Below the pieces are notes generated by a model, which was given only the letters and a program-made list of their open reading frames with translations, made no database searches and was not told the origin of the DNA. Of a stretch of DNA of 41,525 bases, positions 7,763-16,343 are shown one piece after another. Position numbers and translations under genes: made by a program. Origin of the DNA: an uncultured Candidatus Saccharibacteria bacterium (GTDB taxonomy: Bacteria > Patescibacteriota > Minisyncoccia > Phycocordibacterales > SBAW01); NCBI GenBank assembly GCA_964367315.1, contig CAYIWV010000002.1, positions 1 through 41,525 on the forward strand, given 5' to 3'. Within the stretch, counting starts at the first letter, position 1; the number at the start of each line of letters is the position of its first letter.

Positions 7763-8803
7763 ATGGATGAGAGCAAAAAGCCACGCATAGGCTTCATCGG
7801 ACAGGGCTGGATAGGCAAGAACTACGCCAACGATTTCGAGGCGCGGGGTTTTTTGCCCGTGCGCTATTCGCTTGAGGAGCCGTATATCCGCAACAAGGAT
7901 GCGATACGCGAGTGCGACATCGTGTTTATCGCCGTGCCGACGCCGACGACTCCCGAGGGTTTCGACCCGAGCATTGTCGAGCAGGCGCTCAAACTCGTGG
8001 GCAGCGGTAAGGTTGCGGTCCTTAAATCGACTATAGTTCCCGGCACGACCAAGCGTCTCCAAAAAGAAAACCCCGGCATCACGATACTCTATGCGCCGGA
8101 GTTCTTAAGCGAGGCGACCGCCGCGCAGGACGCCGCACACCCGTTTTCGAACATCATGGGGCTGCCGGTCGATGATGTCGCGCACCGCCTTGCCGCAGCG
8201 CAGGTGCTTGCGGTCTTGCCCGAGGCTCCTTTTACGCGCATCTGCTCGTCGACCGAGGCCGAGCTTATCAAGTACTCGCACAATATAAGCGGGTACGTGC
8301 AGATCGTGACGTTTAACCTCCTGTACGACTTTGCCAAGAAAAACGGCGCCGATTGGGAACCGATACAGAAAGCGATCGAGGCCGACCCCTACGTCCCCAA
8401 CCGCTACGCGCGCCCCATGCACAAAAGCGGCCGCGGCGCCGGCGGCGGCTGTTTTATCAAAGACTTCGCCGCGTTCCGCGCGCTCTACGAGCAGCATGCA
8501 CCGCGCGATGTTTGGGGTAAGGGCGTGCTTACCGCGCTCGAGCAGAAGAATATTGAGCTCTTGCGCGAGAGCGGCAAGGACCACCATTTGCTCACGGGCG
8601 TCTATGGTCCCGCTGCGCTCAGGAGCTCGGAGACCGCGCTGCCCGCGCCGCTGTTTTGGCACTCGCGTCCGGCGCGTTACGTACAGATGGGTATCTTGGT
8701 AGCGGGGCTCCTTATCGTGCTTATGGGGTCGCTCGATATCTCGATGCGTCTTGCCAAGTCCTTTGCCGGCGAGCAAGCATCTGCTACGCTGGTTGCACGA
8801 TGA
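7763..8803 (+). CDS. Short UDP-glucose/GDP-mannose dehydrogenase-family protein lacking the C-terminal UDP-binding domain and carrying a C-terminal TM helix
   Basis: Rossmann motif IGFIGQGWIGKNYA, central block STEAELIKYSHN, and catalytic-Cys-type motif GGGCFIKD. The last ~55 aa contain a hydrophobic helix, VQMGILVAGLLIVLMGSL. Confidence 0.7.
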   Translation: MDESKKPRIGFIGQGWIGKNYANDFEARGFLPVRYSLEEPYIRNKDAIRECDIVFIAVPTPTTPEGFDPSIVEQALKLVGSGKVAVLKSTIVPGTTKRLQKENPGITILYAPEFLSEATAAQDAAHPFSNIMGLPVDDVAHRLAAAQVLAVLPEAPFTRICSSTEAELIKYSHNISGYVQIVTFNLLYDFAKKNGADWEPIQKAIEADPYVPNRYARPMHKSGRGAGGGCFIKDFAAFRALYEQHAPRDVWGKGVLTALEQKNIELLRESGKDHHLLTGVYGPAALRSSETALPAPLFWHSRPARYVQMGILVAGLLIVLMGSLDISMRLAKSFAGEQASATLVAR

Positions 8804-9744
8804 CCATACTCGTTACCGGTTGCGCGGGTTTTATCGGGAGCAACTTCGTGCGCGCGTGCAAGACGCATCTCAAGGGCGTCTCCATCGTTGGTATCGACGA
8901 TTTTTCGACCGGGAGGCGCTCGGCGGTCGACCCGTCCATTACCTTTTACGAGGGGTCGGTCACCGATGCGGCGCTCCTGGAGCGGATCTTTAAAAAACAC
9001 AAACCCGCGTACGTCTTCCATTTTGCGGCGGTGCCGCGCGTCTCCTACTCGGTAGAGCATCCGCGCGAGACCACCGAGGCAAATATCGTCGGCATCGTAG
9101 CGCTCCTCGACGCCGCGGCGCGGCACAAGGTCAAGCGATTTATTTACTCCTCGTCCTCGTCCATATACGGCGGCGCAAAAAAGCTCCCGACCAAAGAGAG
9201 CGAGAATATGCCCGACCCAAAGTCCCCCTACGCGGCGCAAAAATACGCCGGCGAGGTGTTTTGCACAATATTCAGCGAGCTCTATGGGCTCGATACCGTT
9301 TCGTTGCGCTATTTTAACGTGTTCGGGCCCGGGCAATACGGCGACTCGCCGTACTCGACCGTAATTTCGGCCTGGCTCGAGGCGCTCTACTCCCGCGGTA
9401 CAAAGTCCTTTTTGGAGGGCGACGGCCTGCAATCGCGCGACTTTTGCTATGTCGACAATGTCGTTGAGGCGAACCTCGCCGCCATGCGTGCGCGCCGCGC
9501 CTGCAAGGGGGCCGCGGTCAATATCGCGCACGGCGAGCGCACCACGCTGCGCGAGGTCAAACGCCTTATCGAAAAAGAGAGCGGCAAGACAATAGCGCTC
9601 GAGCGCCGCGCGCCGCGGCGCGGCGATGTCCGCCATACGCACGCGGATATTGCCGCGGCGCGCCGCTTGCTCGGCTACCGGCCCAAGGTCTCCTTTAAAG
9701 AGGGCCTTGCCCGCACCGTTGCATGGTATAAAAAGCGCGCGTGA
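8800..9744 (+). CDS. NAD-dependent nucleotide-sugar 4-epimerase (GalE/WbpP-like SDR)
   Basis: ATG at 8800 overlaps the upstream stop (ATGA). Motifs ILVTGCAGFIGSNF, YAAQK (YxxxK) and GDGLQSRDFCYVDNVVEAN. Confidence 0.85.
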   Translation: MTILVTGCAGFIGSNFVRACKTHLKGVSIVGIDDFSTGRRSAVDPSITFYEGSVTDAALLERIFKKHKPAYVFHFAAVPRVSYSVEHPRETTEANIVGIVALLDAAARHKVKRFIYSSSSSIYGGAKKLPTKESENMPDPKSPYAAQKYAGEVFCTIFSELYGLDTVSLRYFNVFGPGQYGDSPYSTVISAWLEALYSRGTKSFLEGDGLQSRDFCYVDNVVEANLAAMRARRACKGAAVNIAHGERTTLREVKRLIEKESGKTIALERRAPRRGDVRHTHADIAAARRLLGYRPKVSFKEGLARTVAWYKKRA

Positions 9745-10622
9745 TGAAATTACTTGTCATTACCCAAGCGGTCGACCAAAACGACTCCGACCTCGGCTTC
9801 TTTTGCCGCTGGCTTACCGAGTTTGCGAGACATGCCGAGCGGGTCGAGGTGCTGACTCTGCGGGAGGGTACGCACAGCCTCCCGCAGAACGTCGTAGTGC
9901 ACCAACTTGGCAAAGGGAAGATACGCAGGGCCTTGCAGGTCATCCGCTTTGCGTGGGTACTTAAGTACGATGCCGTCTTCGTGCATATGAATCCGGAGTA
10001 CCTGGTCGTCGCCGGGTGGCTGTGGCGCGTGCTCGGCAAAAAAACAGCGCTTTGGTACACGCACAAGAGCGTCGACCTTAAACTGCGCATTGCCGTGCTG
10101 TTTGCCAGCATTATCTTTACCGCGTCGAAAGAGAGCTTCCGTCTCCGCAGTAAAAAAGTGCGGGTCATGGGCCATGGCATCGATACTGATTTCTTTACTC
10201 CGGACCAAAACGTTGCGCGCGGTTCTCATATCCTCTCGGTCGGCCGATTGATGCAAAGCAAGCGGCATGACCTTGCGATCGAGGCTGCCGCGCGCGAGGG
10301 CAGGGAGGTCCGCATCGCCGGCGAGGGCCCATTGCGCAAAGAACTGGAGTCGCTCGCGCATGCAAAAGAGGTCACCGCGCGCTTTTTAGGCGGCATTAAC
10401 CAAGAGAAATTACGCGACGAATATCGTAAGGCCGCATACCTCATCCACACAAGCGAGACGGGGAGCTTGGACAAGGTCGTGCTCGAGGCGCTCGCGTGCG
10501 GCTGCCCGGTGCGCACGAGCGACCCGGCGCTCAAACATCTCGAGAGCGCCGGCCCCGAGTATGTGCGCGAGCACCACTCGCTTGAGCGGCTTATCTCGCG
10601 TATCGTTAAGGAACTGGCATGA
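9744..10622 (+). CDS. Short GT-B glycosyltransferase (GT4-like)
   Basis: ATG at 9744 (GTG at 9741 also in frame) overlaps the upstream stop. The C-terminal block YLIHTSETGSLDKVVLEALACGCPV resembles the GT4 EX7E region. Confidence 0.7.
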   Translation: MKLLVITQAVDQNDSDLGFFCRWLTEFARHAERVEVLTLREGTHSLPQNVVVHQLGKGKIRRALQVIRFAWVLKYDAVFVHMNPEYLVVAGWLWRVLGKKTALWYTHKSVDLKLRIAVLFASIIFTASKESFRLRSKKVRVMGHGIDTDFFTPDQNVARGSHILSVGRLMQSKRHDLAIEAAAREGREVRIAGEGPLRKELESLAHAKEVTARFLGGINQEKLRDEYRKAAYLIHTSETGSLDKVVLEALACGCPVRTSDPALKHLESAGPEYVREHHSLERLISRIVKELA

Positions 10623-11263
10623 CCGCACCTCAAAAAAATAGCCCCCAGGTAGATAAGGCGCATTATGAGTTTGGCCGCTATGGGTTTGAGGGCCGGTTTG
10701 TAAGCTATTACTGGCAACTGCGCGAGGTGCTCTCCCGCAAACCGTCCTCGGTGCTCGAGGTCGGGGTGGGGGACAAAGTCTTCGGCAATTTTATTAAAAA
10801 CAACACCGACGTCGCCTACACCTCGATTGACGTTGCCGAGGACCTTGCGCCCGACAAAGTCGGGAGCATTCTCGCGCTCCCGTTTGCAGACAAGTCCTTC
10901 GACATCGCGTGCGCGTTCGAGGTGCTCGAGCATCTGCCGTTCGAACAATTTGACAAAGCGGTGAGCGAGCTTGCGCGCGTCGCGCGTAACGCGGTGGTAG
11001 TCAGCGTGCCGCACTTTGGCCCCATGCTCTCGTTTTCGCTTAAAGTCCCATTTATCCCACAGATCCGCATGGCCATTAAACTCCCGTTCCCCAAGAGTCA
11101 CATTTTTAACGGCCAGCACTATTGGGAGATAGGGAAGAAGGGGTCCCCCCTTTCGTTAATCCGCAAAAAACTCTCGGAGCATGGCGCCATCGCGCGCGAC
11201 TTCGTGCCGTGGGGCAGCGAGTACCACCATTTTTTTGTGATAGAGATTTCGGGGAGGTATTGA
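10619..11263 (+). CDS. Class I SAM-dependent methyltransferase
   Basis: ATGA overlap with the upstream gene. Motif I VLEVGVGDK and the post-motif block FDIACAFEVLEHLP are typical of the Methyltransf_11/23 type. Confidence 0.8.
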   Translation: MTAPQKNSPQVDKAHYEFGRYGFEGRFVSYYWQLREVLSRKPSSVLEVGVGDKVFGNFIKNNTDVAYTSIDVAEDLAPDKVGSILALPFADKSFDIACAFEVLEHLPFEQFDKAVSELARVARNAVVVSVPHFGPMLSFSLKVPFIPQIRMAIKLPFPKSHIFNGQHYWEIGKKGSPLSLIRKKLSEHGAIARDFVPWGSEYHHFFVIEISGRY

Positions 11264-11288
11264 CAAATACTATAACAATTGTTATAAC
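11260..11288 (+). promoter_or_regulatory. Sigma70-type promoter (TTGACA-17-TATAAC) with an embedded perfect 16-bp palindrome (operator-like)
   Basis: TTGACA at 11260-11265 (overlaps the TGA stop of the methyltransferase), a 17-nt spacer, and TATAAC at 11283-11288. The palindrome TATAACAATTGTTATA at 11271-11286 spans the spacer and the -10 element. Confidence 0.5.
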
Positions 11289-11334
11289 GACGGTTGAACA
11301 CTGCACCAACCAAAACTAGCCAAAGGAGAAATAG

Positions 11335-11925
11335 GTGGACGCCATCCTTTACGAACAGCCGCTTGCTGCCATCCGCGCAGCGTGGATATTATCGGACAAC
11401 GGAATCCTGTCGATGGAGACTCCTCGAGAAATCCCCACCGGGGTGACCAAAAGGGTTTCGTCGGAGGCTTATGGCTCATACCGGCGGGGCCGCGACAGTG
11501 CGTGCGTGGACTGCGTCCTCTGCTCGCGACTGCAGGATACCACTCCGGTAGTGCTGCTCTCGCTGCGCAAAGCCACGTCTTACTTCGGCGGTATGTGGTG
11601 GATATACGGCGGAGTGCTGCAGGCGTATCAGCCGGTCGGCGATTTTATCGCCGGCCGGCTGGAGGCGGAATGCGGCATCGACCTGAAGCCCGAAGTGCTT
11701 ATCGGCTTTTACCGCACGTGTGCGGGGGATGCCGTGGGCTCTACGCTCCAACCATGTTATGCGGCAGTGGTGCCGATAGAGGTCGTCCGTCGCAAGATGA
11801 CGGTTGACGAGGATCACACCAACGTGAGACTCTTTACGGCCGAGGATCTCGAGAGGATCCCGGAGCAGGAGCGTCATTGGTACCCGCTCCGGGTCGCCAA
11901 ACTCGCGCTCTCGGCCATGCCGTAG
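11335..11925 (+). CDS. Hypothetical protein, possibly a Nudix-fold hydrolase with a degenerate Nudix box
   Basis: GTG at 11335 with AAAGGAGAA 6 nt upstream. GGVLQAYQPVGDFIAGRLEAECGI loosely resembles GX5EX7REUXEEXGU. The functional call is weak. Confidence 0.5.
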   Translation: MDAILYEQPLAAIRAAWILSDNGILSMETPREIPTGVTKRVSSEAYGSYRRGRDSACVDCVLCSRLQDTTPVVLLSLRKATSYFGGMWWIYGGVLQAYQPVGDFIAGRLEAECGIDLKPEVLIGFYRTCAGDAVGSTLQPCYAAVVPIEVVRRKMTVDEDHTNVRLFTAEDLERIPEQERHWYPLRVAKLALSAMP

Positions 11926-11940
11926 AGACTTTAGACTCAG

Positions 11941-11975
11941 AAGCCGCCGAGGAAACTTTGCGGCTTTTCATTTTG
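11941..11975 (+). terminator. Intrinsic terminator
   Basis: AAGCCGC (11941-11947) pairs with GCGGCTT (11960-11966), and the stem can extend inward with G-U pairs. It is followed by TTCATTTTG. Confidence 0.5.
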
Positions 11976-12001
11976 TTCTAAAATTGATACCATTCCACAT
12001 C

Positions 12002-13045
12002 ATGACGAAACGCTTGCTTATTACCGGCGGAGCCGGTTTCATCGGTATAAACGCCGCCCGGCATTTCCTCAAAAAAGGCTGGCAAGTCACCCTGTTCGAT
12101 AACTTTTCCCGTAAGGGCACCGACCTTAACATCAAGCATCTGCGGCGCGAGCACACAAGCGGATGGCGTGTGGTCCGCGGCGATATCGTCAAAAACGTCG
12201 GCCTTTTGGAGCGCGAGGTGGCAAAAGCAGACGCGGTCATCCATCTTGCGGCACAAGTGGCGGTGACAACCTCTGTCGAGGCGCCGCATGACGATCTTTC
12301 GATAAACGTCATAGGCACGTTTAACGTTCTCGAGGCCGTGCGGCAGTCAAAACGCAAGCCGCCGCTTATCTACTCCTCGACCAACAAGGTCTATGGTGCA
12401 CTCCCGCACTACGGCGTCAAAGAGCAAAGCAGCCGCTATCATTTTAAGGACAAGCGGGCACAGAAACATGGTATCGACGAAAAAGAGTCGCTCGACTTTC
12501 ATACCCCGTACGGCTGCTCCAAGGGCGCGGCCGACCAATATGTAATCGACTACGGCCGTATCTACGGCCTTAAGACAGTCGTCTTTCGCCAGTCGTGCAT
12601 ATATGGCGAACACCAGTTTGGTGTAGAGGACCAGGGGTGGGTGGCGTGGTTTACTATCGCGGCCCTGCACAATAAGAACATCACGGTCTACGGTTCTGGC
12701 AAACAGGTGCGCGACGTGCTCTATGTCGGCGACCTTGTCGAGCTGTACGAAAAAGCCCTGGCAAATATGCGCAAGGTCGGCGGGCGCGCGTATAATATCG
12801 GCGGCGGTCCGCGTAATACCGTATCTTTGATCGAATGCCTTGAGTATCTGGGGCAGAAAATAAAAAAGCCGATTGCCTACTCTCGGGGAAAGGTACGTAC
12901 GGGCGACCAGCCCATTTTCGTCGCCGATACCCGGCGCATACAAAAAGACCTTGGCTGGGCTCCCACCACCAGTTTTACAAAGGGCTTCTCCCGCATGAGA
13001 GGATGGATGGAGGATAACAAACCTGCTTTTAAAAAATTTATCTAG
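12002..13045 (+). CDS. CDP-paratose 2-epimerase (RfbE/tyvelose epimerase)-like SDR
   Basis: ATG at 12002 (TTG at 11984 in frame). LLITGGAGFIG..FDNFSRKG, SSTNKVYG, DFHTPYGCSKGAADQYVIDY and GSGKQVRDVLYVGD closely track my memory of the Salmonella RfbE sequence. Confidence 0.8.
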   Translation: MTKRLLITGGAGFIGINAARHFLKKGWQVTLFDNFSRKGTDLNIKHLRREHTSGWRVVRGDIVKNVGLLEREVAKADAVIHLAAQVAVTTSVEAPHDDLSINVIGTFNVLEAVRQSKRKPPLIYSSTNKVYGALPHYGVKEQSSRYHFKDKRAQKHGIDEKESLDFHTPYGCSKGAADQYVIDYGRIYGLKTVVFRQSCIYGEHQFGVEDQGWVAWFTIAALHNKNITVYGSGKQVRDVLYVGDLVELYEKALANMRKVGGRAYNIGGGPRNTVSLIECLEYLGQKIKKPIAYSRGKVRTGDQPIFVADTRRIQKDLGWAPTTSFTKGFSRMRGWMEDNKPAFKKFI

Positions 13046-13052
13046 CCTATCT

Positions 13053-14147
13053 ATGAAGATTGGATTCGTGCTCGAGCCGTACGAGGAGCGCAATGCCTCC
13101 GGTATGGGGTTTGTGGTGGCGGAGCTCCTTAAAGAGATGCTTAAGCAGGGGCAGGGACACGAGTTTGTCGTATACTCGTCGCGACCGGTGAATAAGGATT
13201 TTATCCCCGGCAAGTACCGCGAAGTACGCTATCCGAAAGGATTTATAAAAAAACTGATATGGTTCGCCCGGATGCCGCGCGAGGTGGATGCGCTCCTTTT
13301 TATCACTCCCATGCTGCCGCTCGTGCTCCCGCGCGGCATACGCCCCATTATCATTTGCCAAGAACTCGCAAGCCAAAAAGTACGCCCCGGCGTGCGCGAT
13401 TGGCCCTTTGCCTTTGTGCGCGACTACATCCTTATGCCGCTGTGCCTGCGCCGCGCCGAAAAGGTATGTGCTGCCTCGCACGCGACAGAACTCGACTTAT
13501 TAAAGTATTACCGACTGCCGAAAAGCAAAGTCCAAGTGATCTACGATGGATATCAGGACCTAAGCCGCTATGCGGCAGAAGCGCCCCCCGTCGACCCGGC
13601 GCTTAAACCGTTTTTCTTTTTTGCGGGCAAAGTAAAATATCGCAAAAACGTGCACGGCATAGCCGCGGCGTTCGTGCAGTTTAAAAAGCGCACCAGTGCG
13701 CCGGTACAGCTCGTCATAGCGGGTGACTACGGAGGCGACTACTACGAAAAGATATTGGGCATTCTTCGCGCCGGCGGCGTCGAGCGAGAAGCCCATTTTG
13801 TCGGCTACATCAACAGCGGCGCACAGCTCTACAGCTATTATAAAAGCGCCCTTGCAGTGACCTTCCCCTCTATTAACGAAGGGTTTGGCATGCCGACAAT
13901 CGAGGCCATGAGCCTGGGTACGCCGGTTATAACGTCCAAGATTTCCTCCATGGTCGAGGCCGCGGGGGGAGCCGCGTCCTTGGTGGACCCGTTCGACGTC
14001 GAAGACATCAGCCGCGCCATGGAGAACATACACGCCGACAAGGATCTGCGTGAAAATCTCATTGCGAAGGGTTATATACGCGCTAAAGATTTTTCTTGGT
14101 CTAAGGCCGCACGGGAGTTCTTGGACGTCGTCGAGAGCCATGGATAA
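13053..14147 (+). CDS. Glycosyltransferase, GT4 family
   Basis: Motif FPSINEGFGMPTIEAMSLGTPVITSKISSMVEAAG. Confidence 0.85.
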   Translation: MKIGFVLEPYEERNASGMGFVVAELLKEMLKQGQGHEFVVYSSRPVNKDFIPGKYREVRYPKGFIKKLIWFARMPREVDALLFITPMLPLVLPRGIRPIIICQELASQKVRPGVRDWPFAFVRDYILMPLCLRRAEKVCAASHATELDLLKYYRLPKSKVQVIYDGYQDLSRYAAEAPPVDPALKPFFFFAGKVKYRKNVHGIAAAFVQFKKRTSAPVQLVIAGDYGGDYYEKILGILRAGGVEREAHFVGYINSGAQLYSYYKSALAVTFPSINEGFGMPTIEAMSLGTPVITSKISSMVEAAGGAASLVDPFDVEDISRAMENIHADKDLRENLIAKGYIRAKDFSWSKAAREFLDVVESHG

Positions 14148-15222
14148 GCTCGCGCTCTATGTAAACCCTGCGTGGCGGCGGGGAGGGGGGCACCTCTATA
14201 CCCCTCTCCTCTTTCCGTTTTGGGGCAACCCTACGACCAAAGCCTCGCTCTTTGCCAAAGAGATGTTCGATGCGCATCCGTTCGACACTTCTTACTATGG
14301 CGTCACAGAGAAAATCGAAGAGGCAGACATAGTACTCGCGCCCTACCGGCACAACTGGCTTTTGCGGCATGACCCGGCACTCCTTGCGGAGTGCGAGCGT
14401 ACCGCAAAGGATGCTGAGCTTCCGCTCCTTATTGATGGGATGGGGGATGTCGAGACCCCAATAGACAAAGAGGACGTGTATGTACTGCGTATCGGCGGGT
14501 ACCGGTTTATACAAGAGCCGGGGCGCATCCAAATACCTCCCGCATCCGACGACTTGCTCGAGAGGGTGTGCGGCGGGCGATTGCAAGTCCGCACCAAAAG
14601 CGGCGCTACACCCGTTGTCGGCTTTGCTGGGTGGGCGTGGCTCTCGCCTCTGCAGCGCCTGCGTACGTATATAAAGGAGGCACCGCTACGCGTGAGGGGA
14701 TTATTTGACAGCCGCTACCGCGCGATGCAAAAAGGCGTGCTGTGGCGGCGGCGTGCCTTGAATATCTTGAAGCGCTCGCCGCTTGTCTCCCTTAACCTTA
14801 AAGAGCGAGGCTCTTTTTCAGGCTCGTCAAAGACCGCCGAGGCGGACCTGCGCGCGCTGCGGCAAGACCTCGTCGATACGGTACTCGCGAGCGACTACGC
14901 GCTCGATGTGCGCGGCGACGCTAACGATGCGACCCGGCTTTTTGAAATCCTCTCCTTGGGCCGCATTCCTGTCGTCGTCGATACCGAACGCAACTTTCCC
15001 TTTGGCGACGTCGTCGACTATCGCGACTTCTGCCTTATTGTCGACTTTCGCGATATCGAAAAACTGTCGCAGATAATCGCCGACTTCCACGCCCAAATCT
15101 CGCCCGAGCGGTTCGAGGCGATGCAACGGGCGGCGCGCGACGCATTTGTAAACCATTTTCGCATTGATGCGCAAACAAAACATATTGTCTCGATGCTCCG
15201 GGAGCGCATCGCCAAACACTAA
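14140..15222 (+). CDS. Exostosin (GT47)-like glycosyltransferase
   Basis: ATG at 14140 overlaps the upstream gene by 8 nt. The C-terminal block DVRGDANDATRLFEILSLGRIPVVVDTERNFPFGDVVDYRDFCLIVDFRDIEKL matches the exostosin-family signature (R..E.L..G.IPV...D....PF...vDy..F.l.v). Confidence 0.6.
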   Translation: MDKLALYVNPAWRRGGGHLYTPLLFPFWGNPTTKASLFAKEMFDAHPFDTSYYGVTEKIEEADIVLAPYRHNWLLRHDPALLAECERTAKDAELPLLIDGMGDVETPIDKEDVYVLRIGGYRFIQEPGRIQIPPASDDLLERVCGGRLQVRTKSGATPVVGFAGWAWLSPLQRLRTYIKEAPLRVRGLFDSRYRAMQKGVLWRRRALNILKRSPLVSLNLKERGSFSGSSKTAEADLRALRQDLVDTVLASDYALDVRGDANDATRLFEILSLGRIPVVVDTERNFPFGDVVDYRDFCLIVDFRDIEKLSQIIADFHAQISPERFEAMQRAARDAFVNHFRIDAQTKHIVSMLRERIAKH

Positions 15223-15224
15223 CC

Positions 15225-16343
15225 ATGAAGACGAGACGACTATTTTTACTCTTCCACGGGCGGTTCCCAAGCGAGAAGGCCGCAGCCCGCTTTGTTATGG
15301 AGAGCGCCCGGGCCTATGCGGTGTACCTGCCGGTTGTCATTGTGGTGCCATGGCGCCGCAGCCGCACGCACGAGCCGCTGCCCAAGGATGTCGTGGTGCG
15401 CACTATGCCGAACATCGACCTCTTTGGCGTGCCGGTTCTCGGTGCGATCGCGTTCCCCCTCAGCTACCTTCTTTTCACCATTTTTTCTTTTGCGTATCTA
15501 TTGCTTACTATCCACGCGGACGATATCGTCGAGACGAACGAGGTACTACCGGCGCTTGCCGCAGCGATTATCTCGCGCCGCGTCATGTATGAGATGCATG
15601 ACTTTCCCGAGCATATGCGTTGGCTCTATGGCTTTATGATGCATTGCGTGCGCTTTGTGCTCGCCACCAATGAGTGGAAGGCGGGGGAGATAAAGAGGCG
15701 CTTCGGCATCCCTGAACGCAAGATAATCATGGAGCGCAATGGCGTCGATGTTGCGCAGTTTGCCCCGCGCGACAGGGCTGCCGCGCGCGCGGAGCTTAAC
15801 CTCCCGGCCAAGGCAAAAATCGTGCTCTACAGCGGGCATCTGTATGGATGGAAGGGGGTAGATACTTTGGCAAAGGCCGCCACCTCGGTCCCGGATGCCG
15901 TGTTTTACTTTATAGGCGGGACCGAGTACGATGTCGCTCGCTTTAAAGAACGTTTCGGCACGGTACCTAATATTGCAATTGTGGGACATCGGCCACATGT
16001 CGAGGTCCCATTATGGCTTTCGGCGGCGGACGTGCTCGTGCTCCCTAACACCGCAAAAGAAGAAATCTCGGCGCGCTATACTTCGCCGATGAAATTGTTC
16101 GAGTATATGGCGAGCGGCACTCCCGTTGTCGCATCGCGCATCCCATCCGTGCAAGAGATTTTGCCGGAGGATGCGGGCTACTTGGTAGAGCCCGACTCTC
16201 CCGAAGCGCTCGCCGCAGGGGTTCGGCGGGCTCTCGCAGGCACGGCGCAAAACAAGGCGCACGCCGCGCGGGAGGAAGCGTTACACTACTCATGGGACGC
16301 CCGCGCCGAGCGGCTCCTCAAACAATTATGGCAAAATCGCTAA
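15225..16343 (+). CDS. Glycosyltransferase, GT4 family
   Basis: Motif ARYTSPMKLFEYMASGTPVVASRIPSVQEIL; 372 aa. Confidence 0.85.
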   Translation: MKTRRLFLLFHGRFPSEKAAARFVMESARAYAVYLPVVIVVPWRRSRTHEPLPKDVVVRTMPNIDLFGVPVLGAIAFPLSYLLFTIFSFAYLLLTIHADDIVETNEVLPALAAAIISRRVMYEMHDFPEHMRWLYGFMMHCVRFVLATNEWKAGEIKRRFGIPERKIIMERNGVDVAQFAPRDRAAARAELNLPAKAKIVLYSGHLYGWKGVDTLAKAATSVPDAVFYFIGGTEYDVARFKERFGTVPNIAIVGHRPHVEVPLWLSAADVLVLPNTAKEEISARYTSPMKLFEYMASGTPVVASRIPSVQEILPEDAGYLVEPDSPEALAAGVRRALAGTAQNKAHAAREEALHYSWDARAERLLKQLWQNR

